NCBI RefSeq assembly: GCF_021869535.1
Contig: NW_026262637.1
Span: 17,112,001-17,176,000 of the forward strand
DNA: 64,000 nucleotides
From: Mytilus californianus
Lineage: Eukaryota
Reading direction: 5' to 3'
Positions 48,422 to 62,679 of this stretch are shown here, piece after piece. The notes beneath the pieces are model-generated. The model was not told the origin of the DNA. It worked only from the letters and a program-made list of their open reading frames with translations, and did not search any database. The translations under genes were made by a program, and so were the position numbers. Each line of letters begins with the position of its first letter. Positions within the stretch are counted from its first letter, which is position 1.

Positions 48422-51400
48422 TTAGGTCTATCCACTTTTCCGTGGAAAGACCTATTGCTTTTGTTCTGAATTTTTTTTTTTTTTTTTTTCTTCCGCCTAA
48501 TTTTTTTCATGCGCTGTATTGTTATTTCAAAAGATGTCGCTTAGATATTTTGCATATGATATTGAACAGTTTATACGCTTTTGAAACTGACACCGCTTTA
48601 CCGAACACTTTCTCATGTAAGAGTTATCTCTCCGAATACTGTTTTTCTTGTGCGTACTACTCCTTTGCAACCGTAAAAGATTACGACAAATTTATTTTAA
48701 CAAATTACTCGTTACATCCTAAGGTTGTCAAGAATCATTTGGATCGAAGGGATCTGAACATTCCATATGAGAGTTATGTCCCCTTATATATTTGACATGT
48801 GAGTAATATAATAGAAACTCATTAGTCTTAAGTGATAAAGACTTAGAGTCTTCAGATTTGAGGTCCTGGGTCAATCAAAATGAAAAAAAGGTCAAGGTCA
48901 TGTTAAATTTTTTATTAAAATTATACATACTTTATTGAAAACTTTCACATTTGTTAGTTTGATACAGAAAGTACCGGTACCTTATCCCGGCCTCGTTAAA
49001 CATTAGATTGTATATTTATATAGAAACTAGTTAGTAATTGTTAATATTCTAAATTATAAAATATATACCATATATTATTATTTATCCATAATTTCCATAT
49101 TGTTCAATAAAGAGTAAAGAGAGAATTTTATGTCAGAGAGAAAGAGAGAAGAGAAGAGAAAATAATAAATTAAAAAAAAGAACGAAAGCAAAACAAAAAC
49201 AAAAAAAGAAAACTATAAAAAAAGACAAAAAATCCTTGAAACTTGGATTTTTGGCAAAAGTATTTTTGTCTTAAGACAATGTAAGATACAACATTAAATA
49301 AATTGGGCAAAGTTTGTTTTCTATTGTAAATAATTCATACAAACACAAAACAGATATTACAAAATGTACATGTTATTTTAGGCACAAAACGAGAACAAAA
49401 AACAATAAACGACATATAATAACATATTATATAAAAGGCCCTATATAAAACATATATGGTGGTGTGGAGAAGGCTAAAAACAATATACACAGTAACATTA
49501 CATACGATAATGCTAAGTTGCTTAAGTGTACATTATTCTAGTAATGGAAGCCAGGGGTCCCAGTAGAGGTTGGCAATGTGAAGAGGCTTTGTTTTAAAAA
49601 ATACATTCTTTTCTAGTATTAGATTTTCTTTTAGATAGTTTTTCAGCCCTGCAAAATTTACTTGATTTTCACACAGTTTTGTTCTATAGATAAAGAATTT
49701 TGATAATTATAGTATTATTAAATTTTTTATTTTATTATTTTCTGTTTTTCCCAAATTCCCGAATAAAATTATATCCATGTTAAATGGAATAATTATTTGT
49801 ATTTGGTTATAGATCCAGTCACCGAGTCTTACCCACAGATCTGCTATTTTATGGCATGTCCAAAATATGTGTTCAATATCTTCGGTAACTTCATTGCAGA
49901 AAGTGCATTTATCGCTTTGTTTTATTTTTATTTTGAATAAAAATTTATTAGTGCCCAATATTCTGTGTATTATTCTATATTGGAACCAGTGGAGTTTTGA
50001 GCTTTTTGTGGAGTAAAAAGACATATTATGCACGGTTTTCCAATCAAAATTTTTGTTCAGTGTTAAGGACCATTTTTCTTCACATCTAAGTTTAGTACTG
50101 CTTTTTTCTAATAAAGCATTATACATATCTTTCGAGCCTTTTTTTGATAAAAAAAAATATTCTTATATTATTTGGAATAATTGGTCCTTGTGTTTTATAA
50201 AGATTGTTTATGGATATATCGTTCTTTAGAGCTTTTTTTATATGATTTTATTGATGAAATTACCCCATTATAAGTAGGAAAGTTTGACTTAATTTTATAA
50301 ATGTTTTGGAATTGTTGAAAAGTCATTAGTTTTCCCTCATCGTTTAATAAATCATTTATCAAAAAGATCCCTTTATCTACTCAGTCTTTATAGAAAATAG
50401 ATGTTGTTCCTATTTTAATGTTTTCATTATTCCAGAGCGAATCTGATACAAATTCGTCTTCATTTTTTGGTATAAATTTATTTTGTAAATCTGTCCAAGC
50501 TTTAAAGACCTCTTCCCAAAAAGGGTTTTTACATTTTTTTGTTGGGCCTAAATAAACTAGGTTTTCAATACTAGTTTTTCAGTACTTTCTAATAGGTTAT
50601 TTAGTTTTGGGTCGTTTTTCAACAACCGTCTAATCCATGTTAGTTTCAATCCTTTTATATATTTGTCAATATCTATCATTTTCAGCCCTCCTAATTTGTG
50701 TTCAGAACATAATATTTCTCTTTTTATCTTGTCAGGTTTGTTTTCCCAAATAAATGAATAAATTTTGTCAGTTAGTTGTTTTAAAGTATTTTTGCATGGT
50801 GCTTGTAATGTTAAAAACAGATGGTTCAATTTTGAAATAATTAGTGTCTTGATGATTGTTATTTTTCCAACCGGTGTTAATGTTTGTTTAGACCAAATTT
50901 TTATTATATTTTCAATTTCTTTAATTCTTTGACCATAGTTCAACAATTCCATTTCATGCAAATTAAAAGAAAAATTGTATTCCTAGTAATGTAAACCTAC
51001 TGGAACCCCATTCCAATCCCCATTTTACACACATGGTGTCTTGACTATATTTTTTTTTGGCTATCCACACCACCTTTGTTTTGTCCAAGTTCATATGGAG
51101 ACCAGACATTTCAGCATATTTTTGAAGTAAGCGAAGAGATGCATCTAGAGATCTGGGAGTACCGTCAAGTATTATTGATGTGTCATCTGCGTATTGTGAG
51201 ATAAGATATTCTGTGTCATAAATTTTAATTCCTTTAATTTCTTTGTTCTTTCTGATTAAAATTCCTAGAATTTCAGCACATAAAAGAAAAATGTAAGGTG
51301 ATAAAGGATCCCTTGTCTACAGCCACTTTGAATCTCAAAGAAATCTGACAGAAAACAGTTTTGGGATACTGATGAGCTTATATTTGTGTAAAAGGTCTTT

Positions 51401-53540
51401 ATCCAATGTTTTATAGAGGGTCCAAAATTGAAAAAGTCTAATACTTCATTTATGAATTTCCATGATACGGAATCAAAAGCTTTTTCAAAATCTATGAGAA
51501 GGAGAAGACCTGGTAAATCATTTACCTCTGTATAGAATAAAATATCATATATGAGACGAGTGTTTTCTCCAATATATCTTCCAGGAATGAAACCTGTCTG
51601 ATCATTGTTAATAATAATGGGTAGAACAGATTTTATTCGCTCTGCTATACAACTTGATGCTAGTTTATATGTTGTATTATTGGTCGCCAATTTTTCATGA
51701 ACTGTATAGGTTTATCACCTTTTGGTAAATAAGTAATAATACCCTGCTTTTGAGTTATTGACAATTCCCCCTTTTGTAACCATAAATTATAGATCTGAAA
51801 ACAAATTTTCCTAAATTTGTCCAAAAGAATTTTAAAAAATCATTTGTAAAGCCATCTGATCCTGGACTTTTCTCATTTTTCATTCTACGCAAAGCTGTTG
51901 TCAATTCATTATAAGTTATCTCCCCCTCTAAAGATTCTTTTAAAGAATCATTTAATTTTTCAATATCAGAATCCGGAATTTCGCTATCAAGATTTACTTT
52001 ACTCAAGCTTTCTGTTTTAGTATACAGTTTTTTATAGTAATTTTTGGCCTCTTCTTATATTTTATCTTATTTACAAATTGTCTCCCCTTTTTCGTTAACT
52101 AGTTTGGGGATGGTTTTATTTATAAAATGTTTAGTTTCCATATTAAAAAAAAATAGATGGCTTTTCCCCTTCTTCAATCCATTGCATTTTTGATCAGATA
52201 TAGTATCCCCTCATTTTTTCTTTCCTTATTATTCTAAGATCAGATTTATGGTGTTCAATTTCTTTTAATATTTCCTCTGTTAAGATGCTTTCCTCTAATT
52301 TCTGAATTTTTTCTGATAATAATTTTTCCTGTTTATCTCTTTCCGTCTTTTTATAAGATGCATAGTAAATAGTTTTTCCTCTGATTTCAGTAAGAAAAAA
52401 GAGTTGGTCATTTATTGTAAAGTGGATTTCTAAATCATTTATTTGTTCTGAAGTTTCTCTATTATATACTAGTGATACATATTGGTCTTTAACTTTAAGT
52501 ATAGTGTCTTTTATAGTTTTGGAATATTCAATATCATGTAAAAGTGAGTTGTTAAATTTCCATAATCCTTTTCCAAGTATGAAATCATTCATCTTCAGAT
52601 TTAATATTATTGGGGAGTGATCTGATCTATAGCTGTTGTGAATTTGTACATCAACTACATTTTGATTAAGGTCTTGGGATATTAAAAAGAAGTCTAATCT
52701 TGCTTGTTTTATGGGATTAGCTTTTCTCCATGTGAATTGTTTTAAGTCTTGTTTAATTTCCCTAAAGGGGTCTGTTAAATTAAAAAAAAATCTATTAAGT
52801 CTAGAACTTTCTCCTTAGCTTTTGGGTTATGTTTGATTTTTTGGCTTTAGCTTGTGCATGCTAAAAAGAAACTTTAAAAGATATCGAAAAAAGATTTTCA
52901 CTTAATTGTTAGTTGTGATCTGTCGCAATAGGAAATTTTTATTCGAAGCGAAGCAGTAACTTTCACTAGGAGTTTTCTCCCCTTAAATGTTAAAAGTAAA
53001 ATGTATTGTAATGTCACTTATTAACAATACATAGTAGAGACCTAAATTCGTTTTATATGAAGTCCTTGCTTGATGAACTTAAAAATAAGGTCAAGGTCAT
53101 AAGTAAATTTGACGTTCTAGATTTTGACCTTTGCTTTAACTTCATATTTATACATGATAAAGCCATGGGACTCTTTGCATTAGGTTGCAAGCCATATGAC
53201 CTTGAAAACTGCAACCGGAAATGACCTTGTGTAAACCGGAGGCAGCTATTTTTTGTACTTATTTAATGTAAAAAGTATATAGAACCATATATTTTTTGAA
53301 ACAGTGTCAAGTAAACTATCAAATAATACCGGAAGTGACTTTTTCAGACAGGAAGTAACAAATAATATCCCTTTTTTCAAACAAAAGTGTATTGAAACCA
53401 TATATTTTTTAAATCAGCATACAATAAGCTATCATTTGACACTGGAAATGACATTATAAAATGGATTTTAATATTTTCGTATCAAAAGATATCGTTTCGG
53501 GTGGAAAGACCTTCAATTGTTCTCTGAACAATTGGTTTTT
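48422..53540 (+). mobile_element. Helentron-type non-autonomous element (HINE/DINE-like), split by the LINE
   Basis: 5' AGGTCT..CCAC with inverted GTGGAAAGACCT at 48424-48453, poly-T tract, second GTGGAAAGACCT at 53501-53512 followed by hairpin CAATTGTTC/GAACAATTG and T-run; shared AAGGTCAAGGTCAT subrepeats either side of the LINE. Confidence 0.45.
48910..52845 (-). mobile_element. 5'-truncated, decayed L1/Tx1-clade LINE ORF2
   Basis: APE end (TWRK...QARLDFFLIS...SDH), WKFNNSLL, KSPGSDG, QTGFIPGRYIGEN, IDFEKAFDSVSW, QYADD, GGLK, CTFC...HIFWTC; many frameshifts; AATAAA near 48910-48935. Confidence 0.88.
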
Positions 53541-55269
53541 AATATATATTTATTTTGTTTCATTCTGTTTCTTTGACAACGACCACAGAGTATGCACACT
53601 GTCTCCTTTTGCTGTAATACTGGTTCGATTTTACACAAAGCAACAGATTTATTTTTAGTAACATAGAAAGTCGAAAATCTAGATCAGCTGTGATGATATT
53701 ACCCACAGTAGCAGTCCTAGGAAACTGTATAGCTTTCGCATTTGCATATTTCCTCACTCGTCAGGATAAATGTATTTTTACAACCTGCGTTCAATCAATC
53801 GTCTACAGATAGGTATTATATCAAGTCATTGGCCAGAAGCAGCATTCTTCAGTTTCAAATGTAATTACCTGGCTTCCTTTTTTGGCAATGTTATAATTCA
53901 GAAAATGCCAAAAAACAAAATCTCTTCACTCAGTTTTTTAGGGAACATGTCAACTCATTTACTAGCAACAAATTCCCGTTTTTCTTGAACAACTACCAAG
54001 AGCTAGGCCCGGAAGGACCTTTTTATTTCATATCTAAACCAAACTGATAATCGTAACATTCAGACAATTCATATGTTTTATCAATTTAATATTAAGTGGT
54101 CTGCAAAAAATTGATATTAAATTCCTTACTTCCAAGACCAAAGCAATTATCAATCAATTCATTATAACTATGTTTCCGCTACAACTTCGCTTGCAACGAA
54201 TCATAAAAGGTTTTATTCATTGTCGGTGGTAAGACGGAATATTATAATACAGTATAATAATAAGGAGATGTGGTACGATTTTCAATGAGACAACTATCCA
54301 CCAGAGTTCAAATGAAGCGGATGTAAGCAATTATATGCACCGTAAGACCTTCAACAATGAAAATAAACCCATACCGTAAAATCGGCTTTTAAATGTCCCA
54401 ACATTTAAAATGTGAAACAACGAGAAAAATAACGGCATAACTTATAACAAAACAATGTGTATGTCTATTTCATTGATAGTCTATATCGTCGTCTCTTTTA
54501 TTTCATTTCATGTCCCTATCATTATGATTTACAGAAATTGTCAATAAACCAGAATAAGACTTCAAAATATAAAGTGTAGCGTTTATACTATAAATTGATC
54601 TCTCAATTGTAAACGGATATATCATATATCATACCTAATATTTCATATTTTCTGCAGTTACAATAAAAGCAATCTACGACGAACTCTTTTCTTCGTTGTT
54701 CTCATCCGCAGCAGTCGAATAAATGTGTTGCCAATTTTTTCTACATAGATAATAACAGATGGCGGTGTTGGATTCCTTAATAGATAACATGAGTAACATT
54801 ATAGATACAGAAAAAACACATCAACCAGAGAATCGAAAGTTCAATATATTTTGTAATTACCACATGCTTGCTATTTGTGAGTAAAAAAATGTTTATGCGT
54901 ATAAATTGTATAAAAGTAATATCTGTTTTTGATTGCAATATTCCATATTTTTGTATGAATTTTCTATTTGTTATTCATGTAATTTTTGAGTGTTTTCCAC
55001 CATCTTGTAACATAGCAGAAGACAATATATCTAAATCTTCAATCCAGTCAGCAAAGTTTATGCAAGAATGCTACTTATTAATCAGGATATTCAATAATTA
55101 AACAAATTAGTGTGATTTTATCTTTAAATTGATAACACATTACAGGGTGTTACCGCAGAATATGTTCAAATGATAAAGAAATCTATAGGGAACAAATGGA
55201 CGGCGACCCCCATATTATCTTTTTAAAAAATATACTTAACATGTTATAAGAGAAATGTTGATGTTTTCT

Positions 55270-55500
55270 AACATTAAATTTCAAAATTCATTGTGCACGC
55301 CATACGCGCGTTTTGTATACAGAAGACTCATCGGTGACGCTCGAATAAAAAAAGAAAAGTCCAAATAAATTACAGAGTTGAAGAGCATTCAATTTGAAAA
55401 ACACCAATTCTGAAAGGTTTTGCCAAATACTGCTTAGGTAATTTATTCCTTTGGATGGAAAATCATCAGTAATTGAAAAATTCAAAGTTTTTCAAACAGT
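55270..55500 (-). mobile_element. Decayed hammerhead-ribozyme-containing repeat (retrozyme/PLE pLTR-like)
   Basis: Minus strand ATTCGAGCGTCA-CCGATGA-GTC-TTCTGT-ATAC-AAAAC-GCGCGT is a mutated CTGATGA-GTC...GAC-GAAAC core. Confidence 0.5.
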
Positions 55501-55873
55501 TTATTTATGAATATAACCATATTAATGACAATTCATGTCGACACACAACATTTAGAAGTGCTGACTACTGATATGGTAATACTCTCGTAATCCATAAAAC
55601 ATATGTCATGTTTTAAAATTTGTAGCTTGGCAATACGCTTTGTCACCTATCTTTCTTTATATACATCTAAACATACATGTATCACAATATAACCTACATT
55701 TTGCCAAAAAATTACAAAATTCTATTATTACAGATTATACTCCCATACTACTTTAAATGATATTATCTGTTTAATCATTATTTTGAAGTGGTGCAATAAA
55801 AATAAAACAAAAAGTAAAATATACTTCAGTCTGATATAAACATGATCATAATTCAAATGAATCTATCAGTATG

Positions 55874-58800
55874 TTATTCTGAATCTACCACAAATTGGTA
55901 TATGGAGGTAAAGCTTTTTGAGTTGATGTCCGTTTTTGCGGATACTTTTACGTCGCCCGAGTCACCTGTTTTTACAGTAACGTCCCATGGCTGACTGTTT
56001 TCTTTTTTATAAACCTTGCCATCGATTAGGATTTGTTCAATCACAGGAGAAGACATAACGAAACGAACATTCGCATTGGACGGGATATTACGCACAAGCG
56101 GCTCGACAAGATGGCAATTATATTCCTTTGTAGAAGAATATGTTTTAGGAAATGGAATTGAGATTTTTGCGCCTATTTTGTTCAGAACCAAAATATTCAT
56201 TGCCTCACTATGTTTGTCGTTGCCTTCCAACTCGCTAAAAATCGTAAGTTTATAGTATCCCTTGATTATAAAACGTGCTTTGACACACACCGAATCGTTC
56301 GATTGTTCAATCATGACAAAATCAGAGCTTCTGCTTCCATCAGTCTCAAAAATGTTTGCAGAAACCTTAACAGTCCTATTTGTTTTTATTTTCAATTCAA
56401 ATTCACCGTTTTTGCAGATTTGAAAAGCAGGTATTGAGTCAAAATTTACAAAGCCTCGAATTTTACAATCAGTAGACGGACCATAGAATCTATTATGTTC
56501 TGGATAAGGCATGAATTCTTCCTCTGTAGACGTGCATTCTATCATATACTCTGTCAGTTTCGGCATGACATTTTGTAATTGATCAAATGAACCGTATACC
56601 TTAAGTGTATACTTTCCAATTTCTTTTGGCATGATGGTAATTGTGTAGTTTGAAAAGTTATCCTTGACCAATACCACAGAGTTGTTGCATAGTTCTCTGC
56701 TGCTATTATAAAGGGTTACTTTAACGTTCGTTAGTGTGTTTTGTTTCGATTCTATTAATATTGAAGCCTTCCTTTCAACTTTGACAACTTCATATTTATA
56801 AGATGGAAATGTAATATCCCATTCTCTTGCAAACTTTGTTGTTTTTAAAGTTTTTGAAAATTCTTCAAGAGTCACGGGTCTTTTAAGAAGTTGCCATTCC
56901 TTGCTCCCCTCTACGTCATTATTGTTGTAAGGAAAATGATCCTCTATGAAGTGTTCTGGTTTTATTAAAAAGTAGAAATTTGAAAATTTCTTTACGAATG
57001 CTTTTTGATTATCAAGATAACCAGCTCCCCATGTTGTCTCTATAAATCTCCATTTCCCGGAAACAAATACAACATTCCAAGCATGATCTGTTTTGTTTTC
57101 ATAAGATAAGATTGTACCAAGCTGATGGCCATATCCTTTCGAGAATCCACTGATCTTTTGACATTTTATGTCTTTTGCTCTGAAACAAATTATGCTATAT
57201 ATACAATTGACTATTTGATATATGTTCATTGTGTGCAGGTAGAAGAAGATTGTTATTGACTGATTGTCAGTTTTAACGTTACTTATACATGCTATAACAC
57301 TTGTGTTTATATCAGGATAACCAGTTATTAATAATGAAGGATGTCTGAGTACTTGGAAAAAACACGAAACAATTTATGAAAAACATGCAAACAAGCTATA
57401 ATTGTTTGAAATATTTTAAGCAATTTTTTGATACATATTCTTATATTGTTACGAAGTTTAAAATTTTCACACCTGATAGCATCCTCGTTTTATTTTTCTA
57501 CGTATATAAAATTTTTCATTTGTTTTATGGTAAAATTCACAAAATATACGCAGTGATTGAAGAAAAAATGAAATAATTATAAAACTTTTTCCATTAGTAT
57601 ATTTAGCTGAGGAGAAGGACTGAAGGACAATTTAAAAAAAAAAGTTAGTTTTACATTATGATACGATCATTAAAAGTTGGGTACGACATAATACTTTGTT
57701 TGTTGGTCGTCCCTGCAAGTAGAATAAATAATTGGAAGAGCCTATCATATCATTCACACACACACTACTTTTAGATTTTAAAGCATCAACAGGCTCTCTA
57801 GCACGTGACTAATTAAGTATATTTTTACTGTACTCACACACAGAGTGCTTGGAAGAGTCTAGCATATCCTTCACACACACTGCTTTTAGATTTTAAAACA
57901 TCAACAGGCTCTCTAGCTGCCGATTCACCACCAAAGTAAGCTGTGGCATTGTAACTGAAAGTTCATGTAGCATATAAAAATATGTTTAACTATTATATAC
58001 TTTATTGGTTTATTTTAACATGTGTACCTAACAGCAGACTGATAAATGTAATTTAATGGATAAAATTGTGCGTCAAAAACTACCGATGTTTTTCTTCAAT
58101 GATTTCCCAGCCATTCGCATTTTGATAATACGTTCACAAATTTAAAATCTTATCGGAAGTTAATCGACACCAGCATGAATACTTTAACCTGTGGAGAATA
58201 TTTATCGCAGATGATCATACAAATACATATCATAGCTTTCATAACTACAGTCTCAGTTTTCTTGCTTTTGCTTATGGCATTTCCACACAAAATATTTCAC
58301 TAGTAACACGACGAGGGTCATTAGTCGGATTAAAAGCTGCTTACCCCTTACTTTAATGAGTTTTGTATTTCTTTTACTTTCGTTTTCTTGAAGCTTTCTG
58401 TGAAACATTATACTATGTTATCAAATGTATCGTTCCTATTGTATATTGTACGCACATGTGACTTGTTCCTACTAATTATACATAAAATGAGTGTTCTACA
58501 CTCGACAACCACAGTCAATTCTTAACCTCCTCTGGAACCTGTGTACTCAAGATCTGTGATTTGTGAGGATATTTTTTTTTCTGATCACTGTCAATTTCTT
58601 TCCTTTATTAAACAACAGAACTGACATAAGCTCAAATATCGGGCGTTTGATTGTAATAAAAAATTAAAAATTTTACCATAGTATGTTCATGGATAAATAG
58701 TATTCTATACTCGTAAATATTCCTAGATTAAATCTTATCTTACCTTATATTATTGCAAATCCAAACATAAAAAGCTCGAATGGTCTCTAGTTCACTTTTG

Positions 58801-60094
58801 GCAGGTTTTGCCAGATAGTCAGCAAGTTCGTTGATAGAGTTTTCAACAGACTTTGGCGTCTAAAGATAAATTTTTATGTAAATGAAGTTGGTGTAAACTA
58901 TTAAATAATCGGCATTTTTTTCATTATTATAAAAAGTTGTATATTGACATGACTATTGTGAGATTGAATGCCATCTTGGGTCCTTTTAATCAGAAGATAT
59001 GCACATGTATTTATGTCTTATATTTCTGTAGCAAGTAATTTCGGTAGTTGTCAGACTTTTTAAAAAGAGTTAATAGAAATACAGTGTGTTAATCAGAAAT
59101 GATTTATGTAATCCGATGCCTCGTGGTGAAATGTGTATATATATATATGTATTCACACTGATGTGGACTGTATTTAGTTTTGTTATATATATGCAATGTA
59201 TAAAACACCAAAATAACGAAAATTAATACGACCAATTGAAAGAAAACAGATTTTGTATAAAAGATGATTATTGATGATAAAAACTAAAATTTAACATATA
59301 TGAAAGTAAAGAAACTATTGTTACAATATGTCAAAAGATATAATAGAAGTTATAACATTTCAAAAATTATTATAAGAGGTGTTTAGTGAATGTATTTGTT
59401 TTTTAATAATTGAAAAATATAAGTCGCTGAGACACGGGGAGCTCAAAAATATTTAATAAAAATGTAAAATGATAAGCAAATAATAATTATTATCACTAAC
59501 GTTATAATAGGAAACGCAGATACTTGGATGCGACTAAGATTTTGTTTTCATGTTGCTTGGTCTGTACCAATTTTCAAATCTTCAATCTCAACTACATTGT
59601 TTTCATGTTAAACAAATTAAAGTATCCGCTGCGTTTAATGTATCTCTTTGTGTTTATTTTTCTCACAAAAGCCAATGGAATTAATGTTAAAACTTTTGGA
59701 AAGGGAAAAGATACCAACATGACTTATTCATCACAAGTCAACTTCGATTGATGTAGCTGCAACCTTTTCATCTTTTTGAAAACATGTACAAAAGTAAATC
59801 CCACCATGTGTAAGTAACGTTGATTAATGGTCATAATACCTGTCTTGCATGTTCATCTATATCTTTGAATTCGTCGAAGTCAAGTTTGAAATCATCAGAT
59901 TTTGCTGAAGGTTTTACTTTATCACTGTTCGTTGTTCTGGTTTTGTCATTGTTCGATGTCTTTACTTTTGACGACTGTACAATTTGTGATCTATTGACAG
60001 CTGTTGTAGAATTGGGATTTCCTCCAACCTCCTTAGTTTTAATTTTTTCGATTGACTGTTCCGTACCAGATGACGAAGATGAACCACATCCCAT
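55874..60094 (-). CDS. Transglutaminase-like cysteine peptidase, KY/hillarin family, paralog A (about 597 aa)
   Basis: Coding exons 59840-60094, 58744-58859, 57838-57954, 55874-57179; GT-AG, same phases as paralog B, 1794 nt open. Motifs WICNNISYN, SVCEGYA, HAWN, FIETTWGAG. Upstream non-coding exon donor at 60338, acceptor at 60121. Confidence 0.88.
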
Positions 60095-62679
60095 GGCTAC
60101 AGCTTAAATGTTTAGTATCTCTGAAACAGTGATGGCACTTAGTAGGGTTTGACTGAACCAAATCGTTTAGAATGATAACATTATTTATAATTAATTGCAA
60201 AATATGTAAAGTTTAAATTTAGATATTTTGTTTCATTATTATTTTGCATTATCATGTATTTGTATTGCCTTTTAACAGATGAAACTGTCATCATGCATAT
60301 TTATATAGACAAATAAATGTGAAATAAATATGACTTACCTAAGTTAGTAAAGGCCGTCTACATTACTGAACAGTTCTCGATATTGAAGTAAACGACGATC
60401 AAATTAAAAGCCGCTATATCTTTTGAAATCTCGATGCTTATAATTATATATATATATATGTTTTTAGTTTTAAATCCTTAACTACTAAATGTGTACAAAA
60501 ACCTCTCATTTACTTCAGTAAATATTTGTTAATTAGAACATGTTTTGAGATCAATTTAAACAGTTTGAAAATACAAACGGACGAATTTAAATATCTGCTT
60601 TGTTTTTTGTTTGTTCAATAAAAAATAGTACGGGTCAAGTAGGTTATGTCTATGTAAAAAGTATAATGGAACGAGCAGTCAAATATATTGTACATCACGG
60701 ACAACTTTAGTCTAGTTTTGAAGATGGATATCATGCTATTCGATTAAAGCCTTGGATGAAGTGGTGTACATTAAAATTACCAATTGCAAATATAGTTTAA
60801 GATCAATAGGGGTCTTAAAAAATAACACTGATTAACATTGAGATGAGTAAATAAAACATTTAATGGAATCATGCACCGGAAATGTTGTTTATATCTAGTG
60901 TGTAACGTTTATGTCCGATTACCAGAGCATGGTGACCTATACTATTCCTTTAACACGTGAAAAATGACAAAATCTACTACATGAAGTATCTTAATTTTAT
61001 TCAAATCTTAGATTGAGAAATGCAATAATATTTGAAAACATGCATGGACATTTTTGAAAACTGTTGTTAACATCAAATAAAAACAAACAAGAAATGTGTA
61101 CACTAATAATAAAATCCAATTCAAGTTTTATTGAAAAGATAATAATAGTTTGGAGGCGTAAACAGCAACAGCATAAATATTAATGTACAAGTATTAAGAT
61201 TTATTGTAATCAAATCATTTAAAACAAGAAAATGCTCATTGAATACTTGTGTCCGCCTTTTTCAACATTGAATACAAGGATGGAATATATAGCAATTTAT
61301 GGACTTGCAGCTATTGAAAATCTCTGAAAATGTTAAATCTACTTATAAATATCTGACATCGCAAATAGCATAGGAAACACTTAACGAACTTCTACAACCC
61401 GTTCATTTCCCTCTTGAAGTTGAGCCTTAACCAAAATGGAATCACACTAATGATTTTCTAGTTTGTACTTGCAGCTAGCAATTAATAACTTGTTCTCAAT
61501 TCATTTTAAATGAAAAGAACTATGCGAAGCTGCCACGAACAACATGCAAAAATGCCTTTTTGTTCGTCAACAGATGATCATCCTATGGACTATTCGCTGG
61601 CAATTGGAAATCAGCATCATGCCCAGACTTATGTTAGGCATCAGGAATATGTTCCTTTTCACACGTTATTAGCAAAGCTTGCGGAAAAATACAGAGCTCT
61701 TTCTTTTTGCATTTCTCATTACGACGATAAACACCATATGAATGATCTTCATACGCAAAACTTAGTGCTGTTCTTGCACTTTTTTTACTCTTTTGAATTA
61801 TTTACAGTACAAAAATTGAAATTGTTCAAAACAAATGTTTGGAATATAGTTAATACAAAAAAAGAAGATGTGGTATGATTGCCAATGTGACAACTCTTCA
61901 CAAAAGACCAAACTGACACAGAAATTAACAACTATAGGTCACTGTACAGACGGCAACATTGAGCAAAGACCGTACCGCATAGTCATCTATGAAATGACCC
62001 GAATTGACAAATGTAAAACAATTCGAAAAAAAAATCTAACGGCTTATTAATGTACAAAAAAGAAAAACAAATATGTAACACATTAACAAACGACAAACAC
62101 TGAATTAATGCGACTGACTAGGGACAGGTACATACATACAGAATGTGGCGGGATTAAACATTTTAGGGGTTCCAGTGGAATAACAGTACAACATAAGAAC
62201 GAACTATAAAAATCAGTTGAAGTCTTAACTTATCAGATGGATACTAATAGAAATACATCTAACAGAAACACAGAGTGGACGTGGCCAGGTACTTGTATAT
62301 CACAACAACAAAAAGATAATAAGTTCTCATCTGAGAGTACTCTCAGTTTCTGACAGCTAGTTCAAAACGCTTACTTAGCTTGTTCAAATAAGTTACGAAA
62401 ACGTTTCAAAATATTAAGTTGATGAGATGCCTTCCTTTATATTTTACCAATATGAATATCAAAAAGTTTAATAACAAAAATATCGAACGAATGGATAACA
62501 ATTGCCATAATCCTGACTTTGTACAGGCATTTTATTATGTAGAAAATGGTTGATTAAACCTGGTTTTATAGCTTTCTAAACCTCTCACTTGTATGACAGG
62601 CGCATACAATTCCATTATGTTGACAAAGATGTGCGAACAAAACAAAAATGCATAACAGGTATACATGTCAAAAATATAG

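Noticed and set aside
53600-55250. Short ORFs in AT-rich intergenic and repeat DNA throughout the window
   Set aside because: 60-120 aa, F/I/L/K-biased composition typical of random AT-rich sequence, no domains or splice support.
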